Assembly (NCBI GenBank): GCA_051439505.1
Contig: JBFRWI010000038.1
Coordinates: forward strand, 1-46,355
Direction of reading: 5' to 3'
Length of the DNA stretch: 46,355 bases
Origin: Hormoscilla sp.
Lineage (GTDB): Bacteria; Cyanobacteriota; Cyanobacteriia; Cyanobacteriales; Desertifilaceae
The notes under the pieces: generated by a model
Databases searched by the model: none
Told to the model about the DNA's origin: nothing
The model's input: the letters and a program-made list of their open reading frames with translations, nothing else
Part shown: positions 1 through 8,500 of the stretch, in pieces
How the letters are laid out: every line of letters starts with the position of its first letter
How positions within the stretch are numbered: the stretch's first letter is position 1
Position numbers and translations under genes: made by a program

Positions 1-317
1 TGAAAAACCCAGAACACGCAGCGGCTTATATTGAGGCAATCTTGGAAGAGGAAGACCCGGAACCACAACTGTTACGCAATGCATTGAGAAAAGTTATTGA
101 AGCTCGTTTTCGCTCGAAACTTCTGTCAGAAAATGATGAATTACTGCATCAGCGACTGGATGCAATGTTGACAAAAAGCGGTTGCGCGGAAATTTATGCT
201 TTGGTTGAATTTTTGAATGCAGTGGGTTTGAAGTTAACTATTCCTTTGAAGGCTAATAGGATGAAAAATAACAGAGTACACACAAGCGATCGCTGGCGCA
301 GTGTACTAATCGAATGA
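1..317 (+). CDS. 5'-truncated putative DNA-binding / addiction-module antidote-like protein
   Basis: Frame is open from the window edge: KNPEHAAAYIEAILEEEDPEPQLLRNALRKVIEAR...EIYALVEFLNAVGLKLTI. Resembles cyanobacterial antidote-like proteins. Start lies outside the window. Confidence 0.65.
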   Translation, partial: KNPEHAAAYIEAILEEEDPEPQLLRNALRKVIEARFRSKLLSENDELLHQRLDAMLTKSGCAEIYALVEFLNAVGLKLTIPLKANRMKNNRVHTSDRWRSVLIE

Positions 318-357
318 CCGGTTTTTAGACTGTACCTCATAATTATGAGAATTGCTA

Positions 358-411
358 TATAGTTTTGTTGAATTGTTAGAAGCCCTGGGGTTTAAATTGG
401 CGATCGAATAA
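358..411 (+). pseudogene. Orphan paralogous 3' end of the preceding gene
   Basis: Translates YSFVELLEALGFKLAIE*, versus YALVEFLNAVGLKLTI in the upstream CDS. Confidence 0.6.
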
Positions 412-447
412 TGAGTTATTGAAGTTTGGAAAGTGCGCGATCGCCTC

Positions 448-485
448 AAACAAGAAACCCCCAGGGGTAGATACCTGGAGGTTTT
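448..485 (-). terminator. Rho-independent terminator
   Basis: Stem GAAACCCCCAGG (454-465) / CCTGGAGGTTTT (474-485), followed by a T-rich tail on the minus strand. Confidence 0.7.
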
Positions 486-552
486 GTTTCCGCAAAAAAC
501 TATTGTTCAGCCATTTCTTGCGGCGAGGCATCGCGCGTTTTATGCTTGCCCC
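448..552 (-). ncRNA. Candidate small RNA, possibly PsrR1/SyR1-like
   Basis: Intergenic minus-strand segment with a 5' hairpin (GGGGCAAGCAT...ATGCCTCGCC), a single-stranded middle (CAAGAAATGGCTGAACAATAG...CGGAAAC) and an intrinsic terminator. The family resemblance is from memory only. Confidence 0.4.
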
Positions 553-724
553 TTAATACGACTACTTGAGCCACATCTGACGATATGACCCTAGCTTTTC
601 TGACATTTTTTTTCTGACCACAGAGATAGCCAACCAAGATCCTCATGACATAGGCCGGGCGATCTGCCGGCACTGAGCGACACATCCTCACGATCTAGGC
701 CGGGCGATCGGCTGCTCAGGCTGT

Positions 725-973
725 TCAGATCTTATCTGAATTTAGGCGCTTACTCACCCAACTAGCTATACCACTAATAATCGCACCTGCCATCAAAATG
801 CCAATGGCCGGGGTAAACACCGGTTCCCACAGTTGATACCAAAGTTCCCAACCCAGAGGAATACCCGTCGCCTTGCCCAAAAGGGCCAAAACTAACCAGG
901 CGAAACTGCATAAAACCAAAAATATATTCGCTGTTAAAGCCCAATTCAGCCAATCGATCAGTCGCTCTTTCAT
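725..973 (-). CDS. Small two-TM hypothetical membrane protein
   Basis: 82 aa, two hydrophobic segments, ATG start, co-oriented downstream of iscA and the TPR gene. Confidence 0.8.
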   Translation of the reverse strand: MKERLIDWLNWALTANIFLVLCSFAWLVLALLGKATGIPLGWELWYQLWEPVFTPAIGILMAGAIISGIASWVSKRLNSDKI

Positions 974-1063
974 TGATTTTCTCTATCTGCTCGGGTCCCG
1001 AAAGCGCTTCGTTATCGCCGACTTTGTGATATCATACCTTGACTGTAGCTGTGGGCTAGCTAA

Positions 1064-1486
1064 CTAAAGCTCAAATAGCCACTTTTCAATCTGCTTTAAG
1101 TGCTGCCAATCTGGCTTTCTGCTCAATCCGTCGGCAAAATTGGCTTTCACTTCCTCCCGCAATTCCGCAAAACCCATAATCAAGGTTTGAGCCCGATCGA
1201 CATGTTCACGGACGCCCTTGCGGTTAGTTTCTAGCATCGCAGCGGCCAAATTGATCCGCGCCTGGGGATCGTCGGGATTGAGTTTCACCGCTTTGAGTGC
1301 CGCTTTGTAAGCCGAGTTCGGTTTGGACTCCAACAGATACAGCCATGCTAGACTTGTCCAAGCGGCGCTGTTTTTAGGAGAGCGATCGCAAATCTCCTTA
1401 AACACCGGAATCAGGGTCTGGGCCGTTTCACCGGCTTGATATCGTTTGACTCCCTCATCAAACATGGTTTCTGCTGCCTTAGACAT
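1064..1486 (-). CDS. Tetratricopeptide repeat protein
   Basis: TPR-like AAWTSLAWLYLL...AYKAALKAVKLNPDDPQARINLA. ATG at 1486 preferred over the upstream start. Confidence 0.85.
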   Translation of the reverse strand: MSKAAETMFDEGVKRYQAGETAQTLIPVFKEICDRSPKNSAAWTSLAWLYLLESKPNSAYKAALKAVKLNPDDPQARINLAAAMLETNRKGVREHVDRAQTLIMGFAELREEVKANFADGLSRKPDWQHLKQIEKWLFEL

Positions 1487-1670
1487 GTTAATATACCTTA
1501 TATTTCCCTTTTTGTCAATCAAAAATTATCCAGTCCCGACCCCGACCGGTAGCATTCAGGTGGGCGATGCCCACCCTACTGGTGTATGAGGACCGGCAGA
1601 CCCCAGGCGAGCTAGCCTATAGTTATAATGCCAGTAGCTCTGTAGGTGGGCGATGCCCACCTACTCGCCA

Positions 1671-2027
1671 TTAGGCAGAAAAGGACTTACCGCAACCGCA
1701 AGACTGAGTAGCATTGGGGTTAGTGAATTGGAAGCCACCGCCAATCAGGGCATCGCTGTAATCCAGCTGCAAGCCATAGAGATAGAGGAGGCTCTTGGGG
1801 TCGCAGACGACCTGGAAGCCATCATAATCATAGACCTCATCGGACTCTTTAATCTGGCTGGGGTCTTCAAAATCCATCAGATAGGATAATCCCGAACAAC
1901 CGCCCTGACGGACTCCCACCCGCAGACAGAGGTCTTTCCCTTGCTTTTCCCGTAGTTGAAGCATATGCTCAATGGCAGCCGCCGTCATCAGGATGCCTCG
2001 TTGTTGAACTTGAGTTGCTTGTGTCAT
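1671..2027 (-). CDS. iscA: Fe-S cluster assembly accessory protein (HesB/IscA/SufA family)
   Basis: GGCSGLSY and CGCGKSF motifs; start MTQATQ at 2027. Confidence 0.95.
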   Translation of the reverse strand: MTQATQVQQRGILMTAAAIEHMLQLREKQGKDLCLRVGVRQGGCSGLSYLMDFEDPSQIKESDEVYDYDGFQVVCDPKSLLYLYGLQLDYSDALIGGGFQFTNPNATQSCGCGKSFSA

Positions 2028-2215
2028 CTTTGGCCGTACTCCATACGCATCTGTAATCCTTCTGTCTATTCTATCGAGGAACTCCGGTTGTGGCCGCTCG
2101 GGAATCAACTGCTAATGGTGGCAACAGAAAGTAAGATTGAGCTAAGGTGGGTATCGATAAAGATGCGGTCTTACAGCTGGCGTCTACCCCGTTTGTACCC
2201 AATAAGTCTGAGTCT

Positions 2216-3943
2216 ATGACTACTCTGAATCGCTCTACATGCCGTCGCCTGCAAAAACTCCCACAAATCCCCAGCGTCTGGGAGGGCGATCGCCGCACCA
2301 TATCGGCTGGTCTGCCAGTTATAGATGAGGAGGGTAATGAACTAGAAATCCCCTCCGAGGCGCAAGGGGAATGTATTATTTGGGTGGACGGCTCGGAAGG
2401 AATTGTCCGGTCAATGGATATGGTAGCACCGGAGATCGGGCCAGAAGCGGTAGTACGGACATTGCTGAGGGCGATCGAGCATCCCCACGGTCCGTCCAAA
2501 CCGGCCCTACCCCAAAAAATAGTGGTGCGCGATCGAGAAATACAGTTCTACCTGCGGGGCGTTCTCCAAGATCTCGACATTGCCATTGACTACGTGCCAA
2601 ATCTGCCCCTGATCGATCAGCTGTTCCGAGAGTTTCAATCGGAGATGGTCACCAAACCCCCTCAACTACCGCCCCAATATGCTCAAGGGTTGCTATCAAA
2701 AGCCCGTAACATTTGGCAGGTGAGCGCTTGGGACCTCTTGGCTGAGTACCAAATCTTGTCGATCGAACTCAACCACTGGGATGTAGGCACCCTGTATGTC
2801 TCGGTGATGGGGATGCTGGGTGAAGAATATGGGATTTTGTTGTATCGAACCTTAGATTCTCTCAAGCAGTTTCGGGTAGCGGTATTGGCCCATGACTCGA
2901 TCGAAAAGCTGGAAGAAGCTTTCCTCAAGCAAGATTGCATGTTCTTGACTTTTGAACTTTCCGAAGACTCGGAACTAGCTGACGAAGATGAGTCTTCTGT
3001 GGATTTGGGTAGCCTGCCATTCTCAGAAATAGAGCCGAACTTTGGGAATTTACACCCACTAGAGGGGTTGCGGTCAATTATCTACGAAGAAGAGGCTCTG
3101 GTCATGTTAGTGGCCCTGGAAGCGCTATATCGCTTTATTAAGTCTTCGCGGAAAAAAATTACGGTCGAGCAGTTCCCAGCTCTGAACAATCGATATAATA
3201 TTACCCTGCCGCCAGTGTCTCCCTCTAGGGTCTCGATCGCCTCTAAACCGCTTCGGGATGGCGAACAGACCGCAGAAAAAGTCCAGGTAAAGGTTTCCAC
3301 TCTACCGGATGTAGCAGCGGAACTGTTTGAAATGGTTTCTTCAGCAATGGAAGATGAAGATGATGAAGATGATGATGATGCTGAAGAGTGGGATCTGGAA
3401 ATGCCCCTATTACGGGACGATCTGATTCCCGATAATTCTCTGAGTAGCATTGGCGTACTGTCTTGGGAGGGAATAGCACAACTAAGAAAAACGGCTTACT
3501 TCTATCAGGCGGCCCCCAAGCAGATTCCCACAGTGGGAGATGGTCTGCCAGTGGTGATCGTGCAAACCTCTAAGCAGAAGGCCAAGGCATTGATTCAAAA
3601 TTTACAAATGGCTGAAGGTCTAGAAGGAATTGGTTTTAACCGAGGAGAAGATCCATACAGTGAAAATAGCTTCGATTTGGGGATATTTCAAACAGGGGAT
3701 GGTAAATTGTACTTATTTAACGAGTTTGAGTTTAGTTCGGGGCATACAGCGGCTCGCAAAAAATGGGACGATCGCCTCCGAAAGACTAAGGGTTACTGCG
3801 GTTTGATTATTGCCATGGGGATGAAGGGTGCGTCTAAGGGAAATCCGCAGTTGAAAGATATGCTAGCTTTGTTTGAGGTGCGATCGCTATCGGAGCAAGA
3901 TTTAGGTCTGGGTGTTCTCCAACGGATGCCGGCGATCTTCTAA
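2216..3943 (+). CDS. Conserved cyanobacterial hypothetical protein (possibly DUF6930-like)
   Basis: Long ORF beginning MTTLNRSTCRRLQKLPQIPSVWEGDRR with acidic tracts; divergent from iscA. Confidence 0.8.
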   Translation: MTTLNRSTCRRLQKLPQIPSVWEGDRRTISAGLPVIDEEGNELEIPSEAQGECIIWVDGSEGIVRSMDMVAPEIGPEAVVRTLLRAIEHPHGPSKPALPQKIVVRDREIQFYLRGVLQDLDIAIDYVPNLPLIDQLFREFQSEMVTKPPQLPPQYAQGLLSKARNIWQVSAWDLLAEYQILSIELNHWDVGTLYVSVMGMLGEEYGILLYRTLDSLKQFRVAVLAHDSIEKLEEAFLKQDCMFLTFELSEDSELADEDESSVDLGSLPFSEIEPNFGNLHPLEGLRSIIYEEEALVMLVALEALYRFIKSSRKKITVEQFPALNNRYNITLPPVSPSRVSIASKPLRDGEQTAEKVQVKVSTLPDVAAELFEMVSSAMEDEDDEDDDDAEEWDLEMPLLRDDLIPDNSLSSIGVLSWEGIAQLRKTAYFYQAAPKQIPTVGDGLPVVIVQTSKQKAKALIQNLQMAEGLEGIGFNRGEDPYSENSFDLGIFQTGDGKLYLFNEFEFSSGHTAARKKWDDRLRKTKGYCGLIIAMGMKGASKGNPQLKDMLALFEVRSLSEQDLGLGVLQRMPAIF

Positions 3944-3958
3944 TGTAGTTGCATAGAA

Positions 3959-4008
3959 GGGTGGGCACGGCCCACCATTGGCGGGTGTAGGGTGGGCACC
4001 GCCCACCA
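3959..4008. repeat. REP-like palindromes (GGGTGGGCA-n-GCCCACC), two copies
   Basis: Related copies at about 1558-1577, 1642-1663 and 28783-28826, all intergenic. Confidence 0.75.
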
Positions 4009-4109
4009 TTAGCGGGTGTGGTATTTTTTAACTGGAGCAAGACTACACCCGGGTATAGGGACTCCGATGACAAGCAAGCAGGGATGAAGAAAAAAGGGAG
4101 AAGTAAGCT

Positions 4110-4418
4110 ATGACAGAAGATGAAGAATTTATAGCAGCGTTTCTGCGAGTAGTGGAATTCCAACCAGAATTATTTGAAGAGGTTGAGGCGGTGGAAGCTG
4201 TAGCGGAACTGGATGACATGATCGCAGATTTGAAAAAGGCGTCAAATCAGGAAGTGGCGGATGCAATTAGCAACTGGTGCGAATATTATCCAGATATTAC
4301 AGATGCGGTGGTGACGGAAATATCAGCAAGTGAAGATTCTCTGGAAGACGATCCGAAACAGGGAACATTAACTAAACTTTATCCTAATTTAGTCAAAAAC
4401 CTGAAAAAAAGGATTTAA
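4110..4418 (+). CDS. Acidic hypothetical protein
   Basis: 102-aa ATG ORF preceded by a purine-rich RBS-like tract. Confidence 0.6.
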   Translation: MTEDEEFIAAFLRVVEFQPELFEEVEAVEAVAELDDMIADLKKASNQEVADAISNWCEYYPDITDAVVTEISASEDSLEDDPKQGTLTKLYPNLVKNLKKRI

Positions 4419-4547
4419 GAGCAGCGGCCAGTGGTAGGGCGGAGGGTATGGTGGGAGGTGGGAGGTGAGGGAGGGGGAGAGAAAAAATCTTGCCAGAGGA
4501 ACGCTAACCATGCTAGGAGAGATGAAGAGAAAATGAAAGATGGTGCC

Positions 4548-4796
4548 ATGCTAACGGAAAAAGAACAAATATCAGTGAAAATTGATAGGGAGATTATAGA
4601 GAAAATAGACAAAATTACAGATGACCGGGCTCAGGCGATCGCAGCAGGATTGCAGTTGTGGTATGTGAAAAAAATAGAAGAACAAGTGCGTTCATTTTAC
4701 GAAAACCGCCCCAAGTCAGATATTGAAGATGAACGAGAGTGGTTAGAGTTGGTTGAAAGTCAGATAGAAGAACTGTGGAACGCGGATGGACTCTAA
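4548..4796 (+). CDS. Antitoxin (ribbon-helix-helix / MazE-like)
   Basis: QISVKIDREIIEKID...RAQAIAAGLQLW, acidic C-terminus, overlaps the downstream toxin. Alternative start at 4533. Confidence 0.75.
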   Translation: MLTEKEQISVKIDREIIEKIDKITDDRAQAIAAGLQLWYVKKIEEQVRSFYENRPKSDIEDEREWLELVESQIEELWNADGL

Positions 4797-5128
4797 GTCA
4801 AGGTGAAATATACCTATCGAGAGCATTACGTCAACTGGGCGACACAAAAAAACGCCCTGTAATTGTGGTTTCTATGAATGTCAGAAATGAGTTGAGCGAC
4901 TCGGTTATAGTTGTTCCTTTCACAAGTGATATCACTGGCGGAGAAAATCCCACACGCATTCTAATAGCGGCAGGAGAGGGTGGATTGGAAACAGATTCCC
5001 TTGCTGTATGTGAAAATGTTTCGGCCTTGCGCAAAATCTATCTGGAACGCGGTCCTTACGGAAAAATCAGTAGGCAGGATCTAGAAAAAATTCAAAGGGG
5101 GATACAAATGGCAATGGTAATTTCGTGA
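4775..5128 (+). CDS. mazF: PemK/MazF family toxin (mRNA interferase)
   Basis: GEIY...KKRPVIVVS...RNELSDSVIVVPFTS...GGLETDSLAVCENVSAL, the PemK pattern. Confidence 0.88.
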   Translation: MERGWTLSQGEIYLSRALRQLGDTKKRPVIVVSMNVRNELSDSVIVVPFTSDITGGENPTRILIAAGEGGLETDSLAVCENVSALRKIYLERGPYGKISRQDLEKIQRGIQMAMVIS

Positions 5129-5130
5129 AA

Positions 5131-5237
5131 TATAGCGGTTTTCCCCCTTGTGAGGTACTGCCGTTAAAGGCCGCTGAGTGCGCTGAGTGCCAATTGTGCA
5201 AATTTACAACTGTACCTCACAAGGGGGAAAGGCTATA
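5131..5237. mobile_element. MITE, TATAGC-ended family
   Basis: Terminal inverted repeats TATAGCGGTTTTCCCCCTTGTGAGGTAC / GTACCTCACAAGGGGGAAAGGCTATA. Half-copies near 331-359 and 23159-23178. Confidence 0.75.
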
Positions 5238-5507
5238 TTATATACCACGAAGGGTATGGATAGGCGCTTTGGGGGCAGGAAAAAATGACACCAAATTGAT
5301 TGACAAAAAGCGCAAGCAGTACCAGATGTGAGTAGATGTCAGAAATCTGTTCTACTGGACCGATGCTCTAGGAGAGGAGGATGAAGAGAAAATGAAACAC
5401 TCTCCGTCGCGATTCTATTCGGGGTAAACTTGTTATGGTTTGGCTGTGGGCGTGTCCTAGCGCCGCGATGCTGGTTCGAGTTCATCCAATTCAAGGGAGG
5501 AATTAAC

Positions 5508-8500
5508 ATGGCGCGTTATCTTTGTGAGCAGCAGTTGGGTGGGCATCCGGCGCCGTGGCAGCTGGGCGGGGTGTGGGAGATTGGCGCACCGGAAGAGCAG
5601 AATGTGGTGGCGTTGCAGGTGAAGTCGCCGGATGAGGGGCAGACCCTGGAGGGGCTGATTACCTATGCGGGGGAGGGACGGATCGGATTTCGGGCGCAGC
5701 GGGTGGAGGGGAATCAATATGCGGTGGAGAACCATGAGGGGGAACTGTGGGTATTGGGCGATTGGTCGCAGAGGATTCTTGAGCTGGATTTGCAGTCGTC
5801 CGATGAGGGGCAGTTGGTGGGGAGTGTGGTGATTTCTGGCCAGGAGGGGACGATCGGGTTTCGGGTGCTGTTGGGAGAGGAGCAGATTTTTGCGACGTTG
5901 GAGAGTAAGGTGAATGCCACCGCGATCGCACCGGACGGGCGCTCGGTCGTCGTTGGCTGCGGCGATGGCAATCTCTACCGCTACGACCTACTGACCGGAA
6001 AGGCCCTGGGCGAGCCGTTTCGCGGCCATGACAGGACTGTTTTGTCAGTGGGATTCAGTCCCAGTGGAGAGGAGATCGTCAGTGGCGGTTTTGACGGAAC
6101 GGTGCGGCTGTGGAGCTTGGACGGCAAGGCTCTGGGCGAACCGTTTCGCCGCCAATATGGCCGTATTGAGTCAGTAGGATTCAGCCCCAGTGGAGAGACG
6201 ATCGTCAGTGGCGGTGAGAATGGCACGGTGCGGCTGTGGAGCCTGGACGGCAAGGCGCTGGGCGAGCCGTTTCTTGGCCATAATGGCAGAGTTTGGTCAG
6301 TGGGATTCAGCCCCAGTGGAGAAACGATCGTCAGTGGCGGTTTTGACGGAACGGTGCGGCTGTGGAGTCGGGAGGGTAAGGCGCTGGGCGAGCCGTTTCG
6401 CGGCCATTACGGCAGTGTTTATTCAGTGGAATTCAGCCCCAGTGGCGACTTCATCGTCAGTGGCGGTGCGGATGGAACGGTGCGGCTGTGGAGTCGGAAG
6501 GGTAAGGCGCTGGGTGAGGCGTTTCGCCGCCATGACTACAGTGTTGAGTCAGTGGGATTCAGCCCCAGTGGCGACTTCATCGTCAGTGGCGGTGATGACG
6601 GAACGGTGAGACTGTGGAGCTTGGAGGGCAGGGCGATCGGCGCGTTTCTCGGCCACAGCGGCAGAGTTTCAGTGGGATTCAGCCCCCGTGGCGACGCCAT
6701 CGTCAGTGGTGATAAGGAGGGAGCGGTGCGGCTGTGGAGCCTAGATGGCAAAGCACTAGGCGAGCCGTTTGGTGGCTATGAAAGCAGTGTTTATTCAGTG
6801 GGATTCAGCCCCAGTGGCGACTTCATCGTCAGTGGCGGTAAGGAGGCAGCGGTGCGGCTGTGGAGTCGGGAGGGTAAGGCGCTGGGCGCGGCGTTTCGTG
6901 CCTATGACGGCAGTGTTTATTCAGTGGGATTCAGCCCCAGTGGCGACACCATCGTCAGTGGAAGTGAGCACGGAACGGTGCGGCTGTGGAGTCGGGAGGT
7001 TAAGGCGCTGGGCGAGCCGTTTTTTGGCCATAATGGCAGTTTTTGGTCAGTGGGATTCAGCCCCAGTGGCGACACCATCGTCAGTGGCGGTGCGGATGGA
7101 ACGGTGCGGCTGTGGAGTCGGGAGGGGAATCCGCTGGGCGAGCCGTTTCGTGGCCATGACGGCAGTGTTGAGTCAGTGGGATTCAGCCCCAGTGGCGACA
7201 CCATCGTCAGTGGAAGTGAGGACGGAACGGTGCGGCTGTGGAGTCGGGAGGGGAATCCGCTGGGCGAGCCGTTTCGCGGCCATGACGGCAGTGTTTGGTC
7301 AGTGGGATTCAGCCCCAGTGGCGACGCCATCGTCAGTGGCGGTGAGGACGGAACGGTGCGGCTGTGGAGTCGGGAGGGGAATCCGCTGGGCGAGCCGTTT
7401 CGCGGCCATGAGGGCAGTGTTGAGTCAGTGGGATTCAGCCCCAGTGGCGACACCATCGTCAGTGGCGGTTCAGACGGAACGGTGCGGCTGTGGAACAAGG
7501 ACGGCAAGGCGCTGGGCGAGCCGTTTCGCGGCCATGAGGGCAGAGTTGGGTCAGTGGGATTCAGCCCCAGTGGCGACGCCATCGTCAGTGGAGGTGTTGA
7601 CGGAATGTGGAAATGGATCAATCCGCTGTTTCGGGGTGAGTGGTGGGTCGGCGGTCGCGTCTATTCCCCAGTCGTCAAGTCCGTGGCCTTTCTGGCACGA
7701 CAAAATCAACGCCAAATCCCTCAGGGAGTACGGGGCGATCGCGCCTTTGGCAACGACAGCCTCGGCGTCCAAGATGAGCTGGAAGCGTTGGCGGAGGTGT
7801 TGATGTTGCGTAGCGTCTCCCCACCGCTGGCGATCGGGCTGCTGGGCAGTTGGGGTAGCGGCAAATCCTTCGGGATGCACTTGATTCAGCAAAAAATCAG
7901 CGCGATTCGCGCCGAAGAAATTAATGACGATCTTCAAGCCTGGGGTGACCCCCAGAAACCTGAAGTGGCCTCGCCTTACGTTGGCCATATCTACTCCATT
8001 ACCTTCAACGCCTGGACCTATGCAAAAGATGACCTTTGGGCAAGCTTGATGCAGGAGATTTTCTACGAGCTGAACCGGCAGATCGGTCTCGAACGTCGGC
8101 TTGTGGAGCTATTTGCGGAGACAAAAACGCCTTCGACCCCAGAAAAACGCGCGATCGAGCGCTTTATCTATCAACCCCGTGCTTGGCTCGGGCAATGGTT
8201 TCAGGCACAAATCTGGCGACCCATCCGACTGTTTGCATTGCGAGTTGGTCGGGTTGTTGACTTGGCGATCGTTCAGCCAATCTGGCATGTCCTGAGCTTT
8301 CTTCCCTTTCTCATAATTTCCTTCTTATTTAACATAGCCTTTTTCCTTGTTCAAGATGTGCTAGAGAATCAGTTAACCGGACAAAGCGGAGATAGCAGCG
8401 AGTCTAGGTCGAGTGTGACTAAAAAATTAGGGCAAGCAAGTCGGTCATTGGCTGATTATCTCGATACTCAATCCCAGGCATTAGATGACTACCTAGAGCT

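Noticed and set aside
500..691. 63-aa minus-strand ORF
   Set aside because: No RBS or recognisable motif; overlaps a short direct repeat (639-664 / 684-709) and the sRNA candidate.
4431..4480. G-rich tract as a G-quadruplex or antitoxin N-terminal extension
   Set aside because: Only low-complexity purine sequence with no further support.
6000..7619. Diversity-generating retroelement acting on the WD40 repeats
   Set aside because: No reverse transcriptase or separate template repeat in the window, and the differences are not obviously confined to adenines.
6000..7803. Overlapping ORFs in other frames and strands of the WD40 array (6190-6609, 6769-7803, 6917-7621 and others)
   Set aside because: Shadows of a GC-rich 126-bp coding repeat; the WD40 frame explains the sequence.
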